From Hyphomicrobiales bacterium (GTDB lineage Bacteria > Pseudomonadota > Alphaproteobacteria > Rhizobiales > Aestuariivirgaceae), in assembly GCA_016792825.1 (NCBI GenBank), contig JAEUMI010000092.1, forward strand, positions 5,473 through 69,472: a stretch of DNA of 64,000 bases, in the 5' to 3' direction. The position numbers and the translations under genes were made by a program. The notes under the pieces were generated by a model. It was not told the origin of the DNA. It saw only the letters and a list, made by a program, of their open reading frames with translations, and ran no database searches. Of the stretch, positions 19,848 through 29,353 are shown piece by piece (within the stretch, counting starts at the first letter, position 1; the number at the start of each line of letters is the position of its first letter).

Positions 19848-20935
19848 ACGGCCTTCCAATCCCCGTTGCCATCCTCACCGGCTTTCTCGGCGCTGGCAAA
19901 ACCTCGCTGCTCAATTCGCTGCTGAAGGACGAGATTCTGTCCAATGCCGCCGTCATCATCAATGAATTCGGTGATGTGCCGCTGGATCATCTGCTGGTTG
20001 AAAAATCCGACGAAAACATCATCGAGCTGGCGTCGGGCTGCCTGTGCTGTACCATCCGCGGTGATCTCATCGATACGATGAATGATCTTCTCGGAAAGCG
20101 GGACCGGGGTGAGGTCAAAGCCTTTGACCGCATCGTCATTGAAACAACGGGCCTTGCTGATCCTGCTCCCGTGCTGCATTCGGTCATGAGCGAACCCACT
20201 CTGCTTGAGCGCTGCCGGCTTGAGGGTGTTGTGACAGTGGTTGACGCTTTCAACGGCTGGGCCACGCTTGATGCCCATTCGGAGGCGGTCAAGCAGGTTT
20301 CGGTTGCCGACCGCATTGTGCTGACAAAGGTTGATCTTCTCTCCGGTCGCGAGGGGGAGGACATGCTGTTTGCGATCATCGCCCGCCTGCGCAAGCTCAA
20401 TCCGGCGGCACGGTTGCTCACAACACACCGCAATGAAGCCACGGCGCCACGGCTTTTCAACATGGGCCTGTTTGATCCGGAAAAGAAAACCGTCGACGTC
20501 CGGAAATGGCTGGCGGCGGAAGCCTACGAGACGGCTGAGAAACGCCACCGCCATCATCACCATGACGTGTCGCGTCATGACGCGCATATCCGTTCGTTCA
20601 GCTTCACCGAGACGCAAGCCATCAGCCCGGCCGGGCTTGAGCTTTTCATGGAGCTTCTGAAATCCTATCACGGGGCCAACATGCTGCGCATGAAGGCCAT
20701 CGTGAAAATGACCGATGAACCGGAGAAACCCATCGTTTTGCACGGCGTGCAACATGTCTTCCACCCTCCAGTGCGCCTGCCCAATTGGCCAGACGGGGAT
20801 GAAACCACGCGCATGGTGTTCATTGTCAAGGATATTGAGAAGGCAGTGATCGAGGGCCTGTTCAAGGCTTTCACTGATCAACTCACCGGGGGTGCGGAGG
20901 CTTTCACTGACAAGACCCTTTCTCTCAACAGGTGA
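19844..20935 (+). CDS. CobW/COG0523 G3E GTPase metallochaperone
   Basis: GFLGAGKT, GCLCC, ETTG, TKVD, His-rich linker, LRMKAIV. Confidence 0.95.
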   Translation: MNGLPIPVAILTGFLGAGKTSLLNSLLKDEILSNAAVIINEFGDVPLDHLLVEKSDENIIELASGCLCCTIRGDLIDTMNDLLGKRDRGEVKAFDRIVIETTGLADPAPVLHSVMSEPTLLERCRLEGVVTVVDAFNGWATLDAHSEAVKQVSVADRIVLTKVDLLSGREGEDMLFAIIARLRKLNPAARLLTTHRNEATAPRLFNMGLFDPEKKTVDVRKWLAAEAYETAEKRHRHHHHDVSRHDAHIRSFSFTETQAISPAGLELFMELLKSYHGANMLRMKAIVKMTDEPEKPIVLHGVQHVFHPPVRLPNWPDGDETTRMVFIVKDIEKAVIEGLFKAFTDQLTGGAEAFTDKTLSLNR

Positions 20936-20938
20936 GCG

Positions 20939-21292
20939 ATGAAGCTGCAGGTATTTGGATTGAAAAAATGTTCGACCTGCCAGAAAGCACTCACTTGGCT
21001 TGATAAAAATGATCTGCAGCACAGTTTCTCAGACGTGAGAGAAGTGCCACTTGATTCGGCGCAGGTTTCGAAGTGGTCCAGCGCGCTGGGCGGCTGGGAA
21101 AAGATGATCAACCGCGCCGGTTACACCTGGCGCGGCCTGTTACCGATGGACACGGACAATCTTACGGAAAAGAAAGCGGTGGCCCTCGTCCTGCGCAATC
21201 CTTCGCTTATCCGCCGCCCACTGATTGAGCATACGGATGGATCGGTGACGGTCGGATTCTCGGAGAAAGTCCGCGGCCAGCTCAAGCCCTGA
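20939..21292 (+). CDS. ArsC/Spx/YffB family reductase
   Basis: CSTC, NPSLIRRP. Confidence 0.88.
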   Translation: MKLQVFGLKKCSTCQKALTWLDKNDLQHSFSDVREVPLDSAQVSKWSSALGGWEKMINRAGYTWRGLLPMDTDNLTEKKAVALVLRNPSLIRRPLIEHTDGSVTVGFSEKVRGQLKP

Positions 21293-22160
21293 CGAGCGGC
21301 CTGGTCATGCAGGTGGGGCCGCCCTCGCCCTTGCGACAAATGTCATAGCCCTTGATCACTTCGACATTCACGCCGGCAGCGCGCATGCGTCTCCCGGTCT
21401 CGGGATTTCCTTCCACCATCATGGCGTGGCGGGGGCCAAGGGCCAGAACATTGCAACCCATTGTTTCAAACTCGTCGTCAGGCACATGAACAAATCTGAT
21501 GCCGCGGGATTCCAGAAATTCCACCAGCCTTGCTGCCATGAGCGGCAGATAGACGACGGCCAGATCCGCGTCGAGCGGACTGAGGCAAGACATGAGATGG
21601 AAGACATCGGACCTGCCCTTATAGTGCGGCATGTCGAAGGCAAGAATTTCCACATCAGAACCTGCAAGCTCTGAAAGCTGGCGGATGCCCTCCTGGTTGG
21701 TGCGGTAGCCGATACCGGCAAGCAGGGTATTGCGGTCGATCCAGACGAGATCGCCGCCCTCCAACTGGCCAGGGGCTGCGATTTCGCCGATAACGGGAAT
21801 GCCTAAGGATTCGAGATGAGCTCCGTTGACCCTTGGTTCGAGACGGCGGGCGGGCTTGCCCATGCGAGGCCGCACGAGGCCGCGCGGTGTTACGACCAAG
21901 GCATCATGGGTGTAAAGGGAATCAAGGGTCAGGCCCTCGCCAGCGGGCAGCCGGATGACGTCTGCTCCCGACTTGCCAAGGATTGCCTCAACCGCAATGA
22001 ATTCCTGCTTTGCTGCGTCGAGGTCGGGCCTTGAATGGTAGTTGAGCTTCTGCCATTCGGCGTCAATCCTGGCATCGCTGTGAAAGGCCACAGCAGGGGT
22101 GCGGAGAGCCACCTTTTTCAAAGTGCCCCAATTGTTTAAACTGCCGAAATCATAGGTCAT
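21282..22160 (-). CDS. Amidinohydrolase / DDAH-arginine deiminase superfamily protein
   Basis: YTHD, EGGD, RTN, FHL and GGPTCMT (Asp-His-Cys catalytic set present). Confidence 0.88.
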   Translation of the reverse strand: MTYDFGSLNNWGTLKKVALRTPAVAFHSDARIDAEWQKLNYHSRPDLDAAKQEFIAVEAILGKSGADVIRLPAGEGLTLDSLYTHDALVVTPRGLVRPRMGKPARRLEPRVNGAHLESLGIPVIGEIAAPGQLEGGDLVWIDRNTLLAGIGYRTNQEGIRQLSELAGSDVEILAFDMPHYKGRSDVFHLMSCLSPLDADLAVVYLPLMAARLVEFLESRGIRFVHVPDDEFETMGCNVLALGPRHAMMVEGNPETGRRMRAAGVNVEVIKGYDICRKGEGGPTCMTRPLVRA

Positions 22161-22393
22161 TTGCGCTTGATCCTGAAGGTGAAGACGTCGCCCTGCTTTG
22201 CATTTGTGAGAAGGATGTGACCCTGCTCGCTGCAGAAGTGCGGCATGTCTATGGCGGACATGGGGTCACTGGCAAGGACCTTCAGAACATGGCCGGACGG
22301 CATGGATTCCAGGCGCTTTCGGGCTTTCAGCACTGGCAAGGGGCAAAGAAGCCCCGTAAGGTCGATGAACTCTTCAAATTCAGAGTAAGACAT
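22157..22393 (-). CDS. tusA: TusA/SirA-family sulfur carrier
   Basis: DLTGLLCPLP, DMPHFC; start moved to MSYSEF. Confidence 0.9.
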   Translation of the reverse strand: MSYSEFEEFIDLTGLLCPLPVLKARKRLESMPSGHVLKVLASDPMSAIDMPHFCSEQGHILLTNAKQGDVFTFRIKRK

Positions 22394-22398
22394 GGCAC

Positions 22399-23025
22399 TT
22401 GTATAGGCTAAAATCACGGAAATGGGAGCCATCGTTGCCGCAACTTTTGTCAAAAGCGCCATTCATTGGCCGGGTCCGTAATTTGCTTCTCGGTGGGGAT
22501 CGCGATGCGGGGCTGGAAAAGGCAGAAGTGCCGCGCCTTGAATTGCTCTTTTCCGGGATCAAGGGTGACATGCATGCGGGGCTGACGCGGAAGTCGGATG
22601 TGCGCACGATCAAGCAGTATGCCAGGGATACCGACATCCGCAATGTCAGGCAGCTCACCATCGTGTCCGAGGAGGAGCTTGCGGAAATTGCCGGTCTCAT
22701 GGGCATCCCTGAAATGAAAGCGGAATGGCTGGGGGCAAATGTGGTGACATCGGGAATTCCCGATCTGACGCTGCTCACGCCTTCCACCCGGCTGCAGTTT
22801 CCATCGGGCGCCACGATCGTGGTTGACATGGAAAATTTCCCCTGCCGTCAGGTGGCTGATGTGGTGGCGCAGCACCATCCCGAACCGAAGGCCGGGCTGG
22901 TTGCTTCCGCCATGCATAAGCGCGGCGTCACGGCCTGGGTTGAACGAGAGGGGATCATCAATGGCGGTGACGACATCATCGTGTGGCTGCCGCCACAGCG
23001 CATCTATGCCCATACGGGATCATGA
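22399..23025 (+). CDS. MOSC domain protein
   Basis: GIKGDMH, RQLTIVS, LGANVV, PC, RGVTAWVEREG; true start probably about 22435. Confidence 0.88.
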   Translation: MYRLKSRKWEPSLPQLLSKAPFIGRVRNLLLGGDRDAGLEKAEVPRLELLFSGIKGDMHAGLTRKSDVRTIKQYARDTDIRNVRQLTIVSEEELAEIAGLMGIPEMKAEWLGANVVTSGIPDLTLLTPSTRLQFPSGATIVVDMENFPCRQVADVVAQHHPEPKAGLVASAMHKRGVTAWVEREGIINGGDDIIVWLPPQRIYAHTGS

Positions 23026-23618
23026 AGATCATTGGAGCCATCATTGCGGGCGGAAGGTCCAGCCGCATGGGAGGCCGCGAGAAGGCCTTTCTTGAACTGG
23101 CTTCCAAGCCTGTGATCTTGCATGTAATCGAACAGTTTGAACCCCAGGTCGACCAGCTCGTGATCAATGCCAATGGCGATGCGGCAAGATTTTCTGAATT
23201 TGGCCTGGAGGTTGTGCCTGATGCCTTGTCGTCACTGACGACTCCGCTTGCTGGCCTGCATGCGGCGCTAGTTTTCACGAAGAAAGTCGAGGCGAAGATG
23301 CTGGTGACGGTTCCGTCCGACACGCCATTCCTGCCATTCAATCTGGTTGCAAAGCTTCTGGAGAAGGCCTTGGTGAGGGGCGCGGCCATTGCGGCTTCCG
23401 GTGACCAGGAGCACTACATCATTGGCGCGTGGAAAACTGACCTGCTGGACGATCTTGATCGCGCCATAACAAGCGACAATCTGTTCCGAGTCAAGGACTG
23501 GGCCCAAAGGGCAGCGGCGCAGAGCGTGATATGGCCGGTTGAGCCTTATGATCCCTTTTTCAATGTGAACGCGCCGGAGGATTTACGCATCGCCGAACAG
23601 ATCCTGGGTGCCTCATGA
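23022..23618 (+). CDS. mobA: Molybdenum cofactor guanylyltransferase
   Basis: IIAGGRSSRMGG, PLAGLHAAL, PSDTPF, FNVNAPEDL; ATGA overlap with the MOSC gene. Confidence 0.95.
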   Translation: MKIIGAIIAGGRSSRMGGREKAFLELASKPVILHVIEQFEPQVDQLVINANGDAARFSEFGLEVVPDALSSLTTPLAGLHAALVFTKKVEAKMLVTVPSDTPFLPFNLVAKLLEKALVRGAAIAASGDQEHYIIGAWKTDLLDDLDRAITSDNLFRVKDWAQRAAAQSVIWPVEPYDPFFNVNAPEDLRIAEQILGAS

Positions 23619-24124
23619 CGCAAAAGATAATCGGTGTCGCCGGCTTCAAGAATGCCGGCAAGACCACGCTGGTTGAAAAGCTGGTGGTCGATCTTACGAG
23701 CCGCGGGTTTCGCATTTCGACGGTAAAACACGCGCATCATTCCTTCGACATCGATCATGAAGGCCGTGACAGTTTCCGCCACCGCAAGGCGGGAGCCTCT
23801 GAGGTAGCGGTCGTTTCAAGCGGGCGCTGGGCCATCATTCACGAATTGCGCAGTGAAGCGGAGCCCAGCCTTGCTGACATCCTGCGAAAGCTGGAACCCT
23901 GTGATCTCGTTATTGTCGAAGGCTACAAGCGCGACGGCCACGACAAGATTGAAGTGCGCAATCTGGCGCTTGATCACCCCCGGCTTGCCGGTGACGATCC
24001 CACCATTGTTGCCATCGCAGCAACTGGCGGCATTGCCGACGCCCCGGTTCCGGTTTTTGGCCGGGATGACGTGAGGGCGCTGAGTTCCTTCATTATCAGC
24101 CACATGGGACTTGCGAAGAGCTAG
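23615..24124 (+). CDS. mobB: Molybdopterin-guanine dinucleotide biosynthesis protein B
   Basis: GFKNAGKTT, VKHAHH, DSFRHRKAGA, VEGYK. Confidence 0.96.
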   Translation: MTQKIIGVAGFKNAGKTTLVEKLVVDLTSRGFRISTVKHAHHSFDIDHEGRDSFRHRKAGASEVAVVSSGRWAIIHELRSEAEPSLADILRKLEPCDLVIVEGYKRDGHDKIEVRNLALDHPRLAGDDPTIVAIAATGGIADAPVPVFGRDDVRALSSFIISHMGLAKS

Positions 24125-24229
24125 TCCCGGTGTCGGATTCCGCCCTGCCCGCGTCGCTCCACTTCACGTCTGTTGAATTTCTCTCACTAATGTGGCCACA
24201 ATCGAGTTTCCAGGTCCAAAGGAATTTCC

Positions 24230-26746
24230 ATGAAAACGCAGGCGCGGGCAGTTGTTATCGGTGGCGGCGTGGTTGGCGTTTCGACGCTCTATCACCTCGC
24301 CAAGAAGGGCTGGAGCGATGTTGTCCTGGTGGAGCGCAAGGAGCTCACTTCCGGGTCCACATGGCATGCGGCAGGACTGCTTCCGCTTTTCAACCTGTCC
24401 TATTCGGTGGGCCAGATTCACAAGTATTCGGTGAAGCTCTATGGCGAGCTTGAAGCGGAAACCGGCCAGCATGTGGGCTTCCGGAAAGTGTCCAACATCC
24501 GCGTGGCGCGCACCAAGGACCGCTGGGACGAGTTCATGTATTACGCCGGAATCGCCGAGACGATCGGCGTCAAGGTCAACAAGCTGACGCCGAAGCAGTT
24601 GAAGGAACTTTGGCCGCTGTGCGACATTGATGGCGTCCTTGGTGCCATCCAGCATCCGGATGACGGCTATATCCAGCCCGCGGACCTCACCCAGGCTTTG
24701 GCCAAGGGGGCGCGCAGCCGAGGCGCAGAGATTTACCGCAACACCACGGTAACCGCCATTGAGCAGCTTCCTTCGGGTGAATGGCTGGTAAAGACCGACA
24801 AGGGCGATATTACTTGCGAGCACGTTGTTTCATGTTCAGGCAATTTCGCACGCAAGACGGGTGCCATGGTGGGACTTGATATTCCGGTCATTCCAGTCGA
24901 GCACCAATATATCGTCACCGAACCCTCACCGCTGATCAAGGAACGCCAAGCCAAGGGCCTGCCGGAAATGGGCGTGCTGCGCGAAGCGGATTCATCCTGG
25001 TATCTGCGCGAAGAAAACGGCGGTTTTGTTCTCGGCATTTATGAGAAGGGTGCGCCGTGTTGCTATGTGGACGGGCCTTCCGAACAAAGCGAATATGAAT
25101 TGTTCCAGGGCGAGCTCGATCGCCTGGAGCCCTATATTGAAACCTGCATTACGCGGGTTCCGGCCTTCGGCGAACTGGGCATCAAGAAAATCTACAATGG
25201 CGCCATTGCCTACACGCCGGACGGCTCGCCGATCATCGGACCAGCATGGGACCGGAAGAATTTCTGGCTGAACGAGGGCCATTCCTTTGGCGTCACGGCG
25301 GCCGGCGGTGCGGGTTGGCAATTGGCGGAATGGATCGTCGATGGCGAACCCACCATCGACATGATGGGCGTCGATCCGCGGCGCTTCGGTCCCTATGCCA
25401 CGAAGGGCTATCTCAAGCAGAAGAACGAAGAGGCTTACGCCAACGTCTTTACCATGCATTATCCGGAAGAGGAACGTGCGGCGGCCCGTCCCTTGAAGCG
25501 TACGCCGTGCTATGACCGGATGAAGGATCTGGGCGCGGTGTTCGGTTCGGTCTACGGCTGGGAGCGGCCGGGCTGGTTTGCGCCGAAGGGCTATGCACTT
25601 TCGGAAAAGGATCTCGACCGGCCAAATGTGCTGCTCAATCACAATCATGCGGCACCGACGGAAGACGGGCGCATTGTCGAAAAGTGGTCGTTCCGCCGCT
25701 CCAACGCCTTCCGCTTTGTCGGTGAAGAGTGCCGCAATGTGATGGAGAATGTGGCCCTCCAAGACATGTCGGCCTTTGCCAAGATGGAAGTATCGGGGCC
25801 GGGGGCGCGGGAGTGGCTGGATTCAATTCTTGCCAACCGCATTCCAAAAAAGATGGGGCGCATCGCGCTGTGCCATCTGCTCACAAAGCTTGGCGGAGTG
25901 CGCGCCGAGTTCACGGTTTATGAGTGGGCGCCGGGGCGTTTCTATCTCGTCTCCGCCGGCGCCTACGAGCGCCATGACCATGACACGCTTTACAAGCTGC
26001 TGCCGAAGGACGGGTCGGTGAAGCTCAACCCGATCACAACGCGGCTTGGCGTGCTCGTGCTGGCCGGACCCAACTCGCGGAAGGTTTTGCAGAAGCTGAC
26101 ATCGACGGATCTTTCCAACGAAGCTTTCCCGTGGCTTTCCGGCCAAGCCATTTCGGTAGGCCACACAAGCTGTCATGCACTCCGCGTCAACTTTGTGGGC
26201 GAACTGGGCTTCGAGTTCCACCACCCTATCGAGCAACAGGTTGCATTGTTCGATCTGCTGATGGAAGCGGGCCGCGAATTCGGCATCAAGCCCTATGGCA
26301 TCAAGGCCATGTCGTCATTATCAATCGAAAAGAGCTACCGACTGGTGCCACGCGAACTTTCCATCGAGTATTCGGCTTACGAGTCGGGTCTTGACCGTTT
26401 CGTGCATCCCAACAAGGGTGAGTTCCTGGGCCGGGATGCACTGGTTGCGGGCCGCGAGAAGGGCCTGAACTGGAATTTTGTCACCATGGAAGTTCATGGC
26501 GTCAGCGATGCGGATTCGGATACGCGGGGCTCGGAACCGATTTATTCCAAGGGCAAGCTGGTGGGCCGCGCTACCAACGGCGGCTTTGGCTGGCGGGTGA
26601 ACAAGTCGCTGGCGCTGGGCATGGTGCGGCCCGAGTATGCAACTCTGGATACTGAACTGGAAATCAAAATCCTCGACAAAACGTTCAAGGCTAGCGTTAT
26701 CGCGGAAAGTCCTTATGATGCAGACAATCTGAAGTTGCGCGCCTGA
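24230..26746 (+). CDS. Dimethylglycine/sarcosine dehydrogenase-like FAD oxidoreductase with GcvT domains
   Basis: GGGVVG, GSTWHAAG, YTPDG, GWERP, SIEKSY; 838 aa. Confidence 0.92.
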   Translation: MKTQARAVVIGGGVVGVSTLYHLAKKGWSDVVLVERKELTSGSTWHAAGLLPLFNLSYSVGQIHKYSVKLYGELEAETGQHVGFRKVSNIRVARTKDRWDEFMYYAGIAETIGVKVNKLTPKQLKELWPLCDIDGVLGAIQHPDDGYIQPADLTQALAKGARSRGAEIYRNTTVTAIEQLPSGEWLVKTDKGDITCEHVVSCSGNFARKTGAMVGLDIPVIPVEHQYIVTEPSPLIKERQAKGLPEMGVLREADSSWYLREENGGFVLGIYEKGAPCCYVDGPSEQSEYELFQGELDRLEPYIETCITRVPAFGELGIKKIYNGAIAYTPDGSPIIGPAWDRKNFWLNEGHSFGVTAAGGAGWQLAEWIVDGEPTIDMMGVDPRRFGPYATKGYLKQKNEEAYANVFTMHYPEEERAAARPLKRTPCYDRMKDLGAVFGSVYGWERPGWFAPKGYALSEKDLDRPNVLLNHNHAAPTEDGRIVEKWSFRRSNAFRFVGEECRNVMENVALQDMSAFAKMEVSGPGAREWLDSILANRIPKKMGRIALCHLLTKLGGVRAEFTVYEWAPGRFYLVSAGAYERHDHDTLYKLLPKDGSVKLNPITTRLGVLVLAGPNSRKVLQKLTSTDLSNEAFPWLSGQAISVGHTSCHALRVNFVGELGFEFHHPIEQQVALFDLLMEAGREFGIKPYGIKAMSSLSIEKSYRLVPRELSIEYSAYESGLDRFVHPNKGEFLGRDALVAGREKGLNWNFVTMEVHGVSDADSDTRGSEPIYSKGKLVGRATNGGFGWRVNKSLALGMVRPEYATLDTELEIKILDKTFKASVIAESPYDADNLKLRA

Positions 26747-26823
26747 TTCTCTAAGCCGCAATGTTCACTATTGGATGTGTGCGTGTTGACGTTGGCGAGA
26801 ATTGAGCGGCGGCGGGGGCAATA

Positions 26824-27762
26824 TTGGCGACACCTGAACAAAGTTACGGCACAGGCGTATTCTTTGTGTTTCTTGCTACCATTGGATGGAGCCTTTCGGG
26901 AGTTTTTGTCCGCATCATGCCGGGGCTCGACGGCTGGCAGCTCAATTGCTGGAGGGGTTACTGGTTGGCCGTTTCCCTTATGGTTTATCTCGTCGCCGTG
27001 TATGGCCGCGGGGCCTACCGGAAATTTCTGGACATACCGAGGGTGGCGCTGTTCGCGTCGGCCCTTTTCTTTGCCTTGGGATCAACGCTCTATGTGTCTT
27101 CCCTCACCATGGTCAGCACCGCCACCGTTTCGGTCATCGGCGCCACCTCACCCCTGTTTGCCGCACTCCTCAGTCCCTGGGTGACGGGCGAAAGGCCCGG
27201 ATTTGAGGCGTGGATCGCAGCGATGCTGGCACTCCTTGGTGTCGGTGTCATCGCCTGGGACGGGCTCGAGGCTGGCCGTTCCACATTGGGGCTGCTCCTT
27301 TCCATTTGCGTACCCATGGCTTTTGCGGGGCAGACTCTGGCTCTGCGCCGGTACCGCAATGTGGACATGGTGCCGTCGATTTGCCTTGGTGGCATCATGT
27401 CGTTTTTCATTGCGGGATTGCTGGGGTTTACGGCGGGGCACGCGGGCGGCGGTTTCGATGTGGGCTTCAGGGAAGTTCTCCTGTTGGCGGCCATGGCCAC
27501 GCTTCAACTTGCCATTCCCCTGGTTTTCTACATCAAGGGGGCCCATTCAGTTCCTGCCGTGACACTCACGCTCATCGCAATGCTCGATGCGGTCATAAAT
27601 CCAATGTGGCCGTGGATTTTTGTCGGCGAGAAACCGGGAGAGGCAGCCTTTATCGGGGGCGCCATAATCGTGGGTGCCGTGCTGATCAGCGTTTTCGGAC
27701 GCAAATTCTACAATTCAAGAGCCGCTGCGGCTGATCTCAACGCTGTCGAAAAACCAGCTTGA
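26824..27762 (+). CDS. DMT/EamA family transporter
   Basis: About 10 TM segments, ATSPLFAA, DAVINPMW; TTG start. Confidence 0.88.
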   Translation: MATPEQSYGTGVFFVFLATIGWSLSGVFVRIMPGLDGWQLNCWRGYWLAVSLMVYLVAVYGRGAYRKFLDIPRVALFASALFFALGSTLYVSSLTMVSTATVSVIGATSPLFAALLSPWVTGERPGFEAWIAAMLALLGVGVIAWDGLEAGRSTLGLLLSICVPMAFAGQTLALRRYRNVDMVPSICLGGIMSFFIAGLLGFTAGHAGGGFDVGFREVLLLAAMATLQLAIPLVFYIKGAHSVPAVTLTLIAMLDAVINPMWPWIFVGEKPGEAAFIGGAIIVGAVLISVFGRKFYNSRAAAADLNAVEKPA

Positions 27763-27778
27763 TCATATTTATCGAGAC

Positions 27779-28501
27779 TCAACGTGCCGCTTCCTGCCGG
27801 TGTGCCGCGGCCAGATCGGCCATGCTGTTGAAGCGGAAATTATACTTGGGGGTCGTCCCCGGATCCATTGTCGCGCCGAAGCCCTGCTGATTGTGGCGAC
27901 GATATATCCAACATGATGCCAGCCCGTGTTTGTGTGCTGGCGCATGGTCGTGGAACAGGCTTTCAGCGGTATGGAGTATTTCTGACTTCGCAATGCCAAG
28001 GCCTTGCAGCTTGGCAATCATGTAATCGAAATTGCGGTCGCTCGGCTTGTAGGAGCCCACGTCCTGTGCAGTGTAGACCGCATCGAAAACGACCTGCAGG
28101 CGCCGGTTGCTGAAGGCGAAACTGGCATTGTCAACGTTCGACAGGATGACAAGTTTGTAGTGTTTCTTCAGGTACGCCAGCGCTTCGACAGAATCAGGAA
28201 AGGCAGGCCAATCCTTCACCGCGTAGCCATAGGTTTGGCATTCGTCATGGGACGCAGCGAGCCCCCACTCTTCGGCGAGGCGCTTATACACCACGGCCAA
28301 AAGCTCGCTATATTTCATGGTGGGAGTATAGATTTGCTGTGAAGATTCATGGCGCGCATGGGCTTCGAGGATGCCGTTGCGTGAAAGTACGTTTTTCAGC
28401 CGCGAGGTCAGCGGTTTGAGCCCTTCTATCATGCCGCTTTCCCAATCGATCAACGTTCCATAGCAATCGAATGTTAGGGCCTTAAAGTCACTGAGCTTCA
28501 T
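27779..28501 (-). CDS. Haloacid dehalogenase type II
   Basis: FDCYGTLIDWE, LSNVD, SYKP, AESLFHD; start moved to MKLSDF. Confidence 0.92.
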   Translation of the reverse strand: MKLSDFKALTFDCYGTLIDWESGMIEGLKPLTSRLKNVLSRNGILEAHARHESSQQIYTPTMKYSELLAVVYKRLAEEWGLAASHDECQTYGYAVKDWPAFPDSVEALAYLKKHYKLVILSNVDNASFAFSNRRLQVVFDAVYTAQDVGSYKPSDRNFDYMIAKLQGLGIAKSEILHTAESLFHDHAPAHKHGLASCWIYRRHNQQGFGATMDPGTTPKYNFRFNSMADLAAAHRQEAAR

Positions 28502-28512
28502 ATTCCGGGGCC

Positions 28513-29286
28513 TCACTTGAAACTGTTTTTCTGGTGGCGAAGCTCGGCAAACACTTCGGCGTCCGTGGCTGTCTCCAGCTTCAGGTTCTTCCGGATCTCG
28601 CGGCTGCCGCAACGCATGAAGGGATTGGTCTTCAACTCATCGCCGATGGTTGAAGGGCAGGTCATCTCGCCCCTGGCGCGCTGGGCCGCCACGACGGTGG
28701 CGCGCTGCTGCAGGTCGCGGTTACCCGGCTCGACGGAGAGCGCGAAGCGGCAGTTGGCTTCGGTATATTCGTGGCCGCAATAGACGTGGGTCACCGGCGG
28801 AAGCGGGCGGAACTGATTCACGGAGTGCCACATCTCCGCCATGCTGCCCTCGTTGACGCGGCCGCAACCCATGGCAAAAACCGTATCACCGGCAAAGAGT
28901 GAAAATTCGGATGGCATATAAAAAGCGATGTGACCCCGGGTGTGCCCAGGGCAATCAAAGACTTTCACCTCGCGCCCGGCCCAGCTGAACGTGTCGCCAC
29001 CCTTTACGGCCGTATCGATGCCTGGAATTTTCTCAGCCTCGTTCTTCGGCCCGATGATCTTGCAGCCAAAGAGCTCCTTGAGCCGCAGGTTTCCAGCTAC
29101 ATGGTCTTCGTGGTGGTGGGTGGTAAATATGTGGGTGAGCTGCCGGCCAAATTTCCTGAGTTCGGCCTCCACTGCCTCGGCATCGGGCGCGTCGATCGAG
29201 GCTGTGGCCCCTGTCTTTGAATCATGGATTATCACGCCGTAGTTGTCGGAGCGGCACATGAATTGGCGCATATCGAGATGGGGCAT
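28513..29286 (-). CDS. gloB: Hydroxyacylglutathione hydrolase (glyoxalase II)
   Basis: THHHEDH, PGHT, GDTVF, CGHEYT, ELKTNPF. Confidence 0.95.
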   Translation of the reverse strand: MPHLDMRQFMCRSDNYGVIIHDSKTGATASIDAPDAEAVEAELRKFGRQLTHIFTTHHHEDHVAGNLRLKELFGCKIIGPKNEAEKIPGIDTAVKGGDTFSWAGREVKVFDCPGHTRGHIAFYMPSEFSLFAGDTVFAMGCGRVNEGSMAEMWHSVNQFRPLPPVTHVYCGHEYTEANCRFALSVEPGNRDLQQRATVVAAQRARGEMTCPSTIGDELKTNPFMRCGSREIRKNLKLETATDAEVFAELRHQKNSFK

Positions 29287-29353
29287 ATGATTTACTAACC
29301 CTGTTTTTCTTCGTTGATGACCCATTAGGCGTTAAACGCTAAAACCCGCCGTC

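Noticed and set aside
24125-24229. Glycine riboswitch upstream of the gcvT-like gene
   Set aside because: The region is too short and lacks the GGAGA..GCCGAAG..CTCTCAGG core
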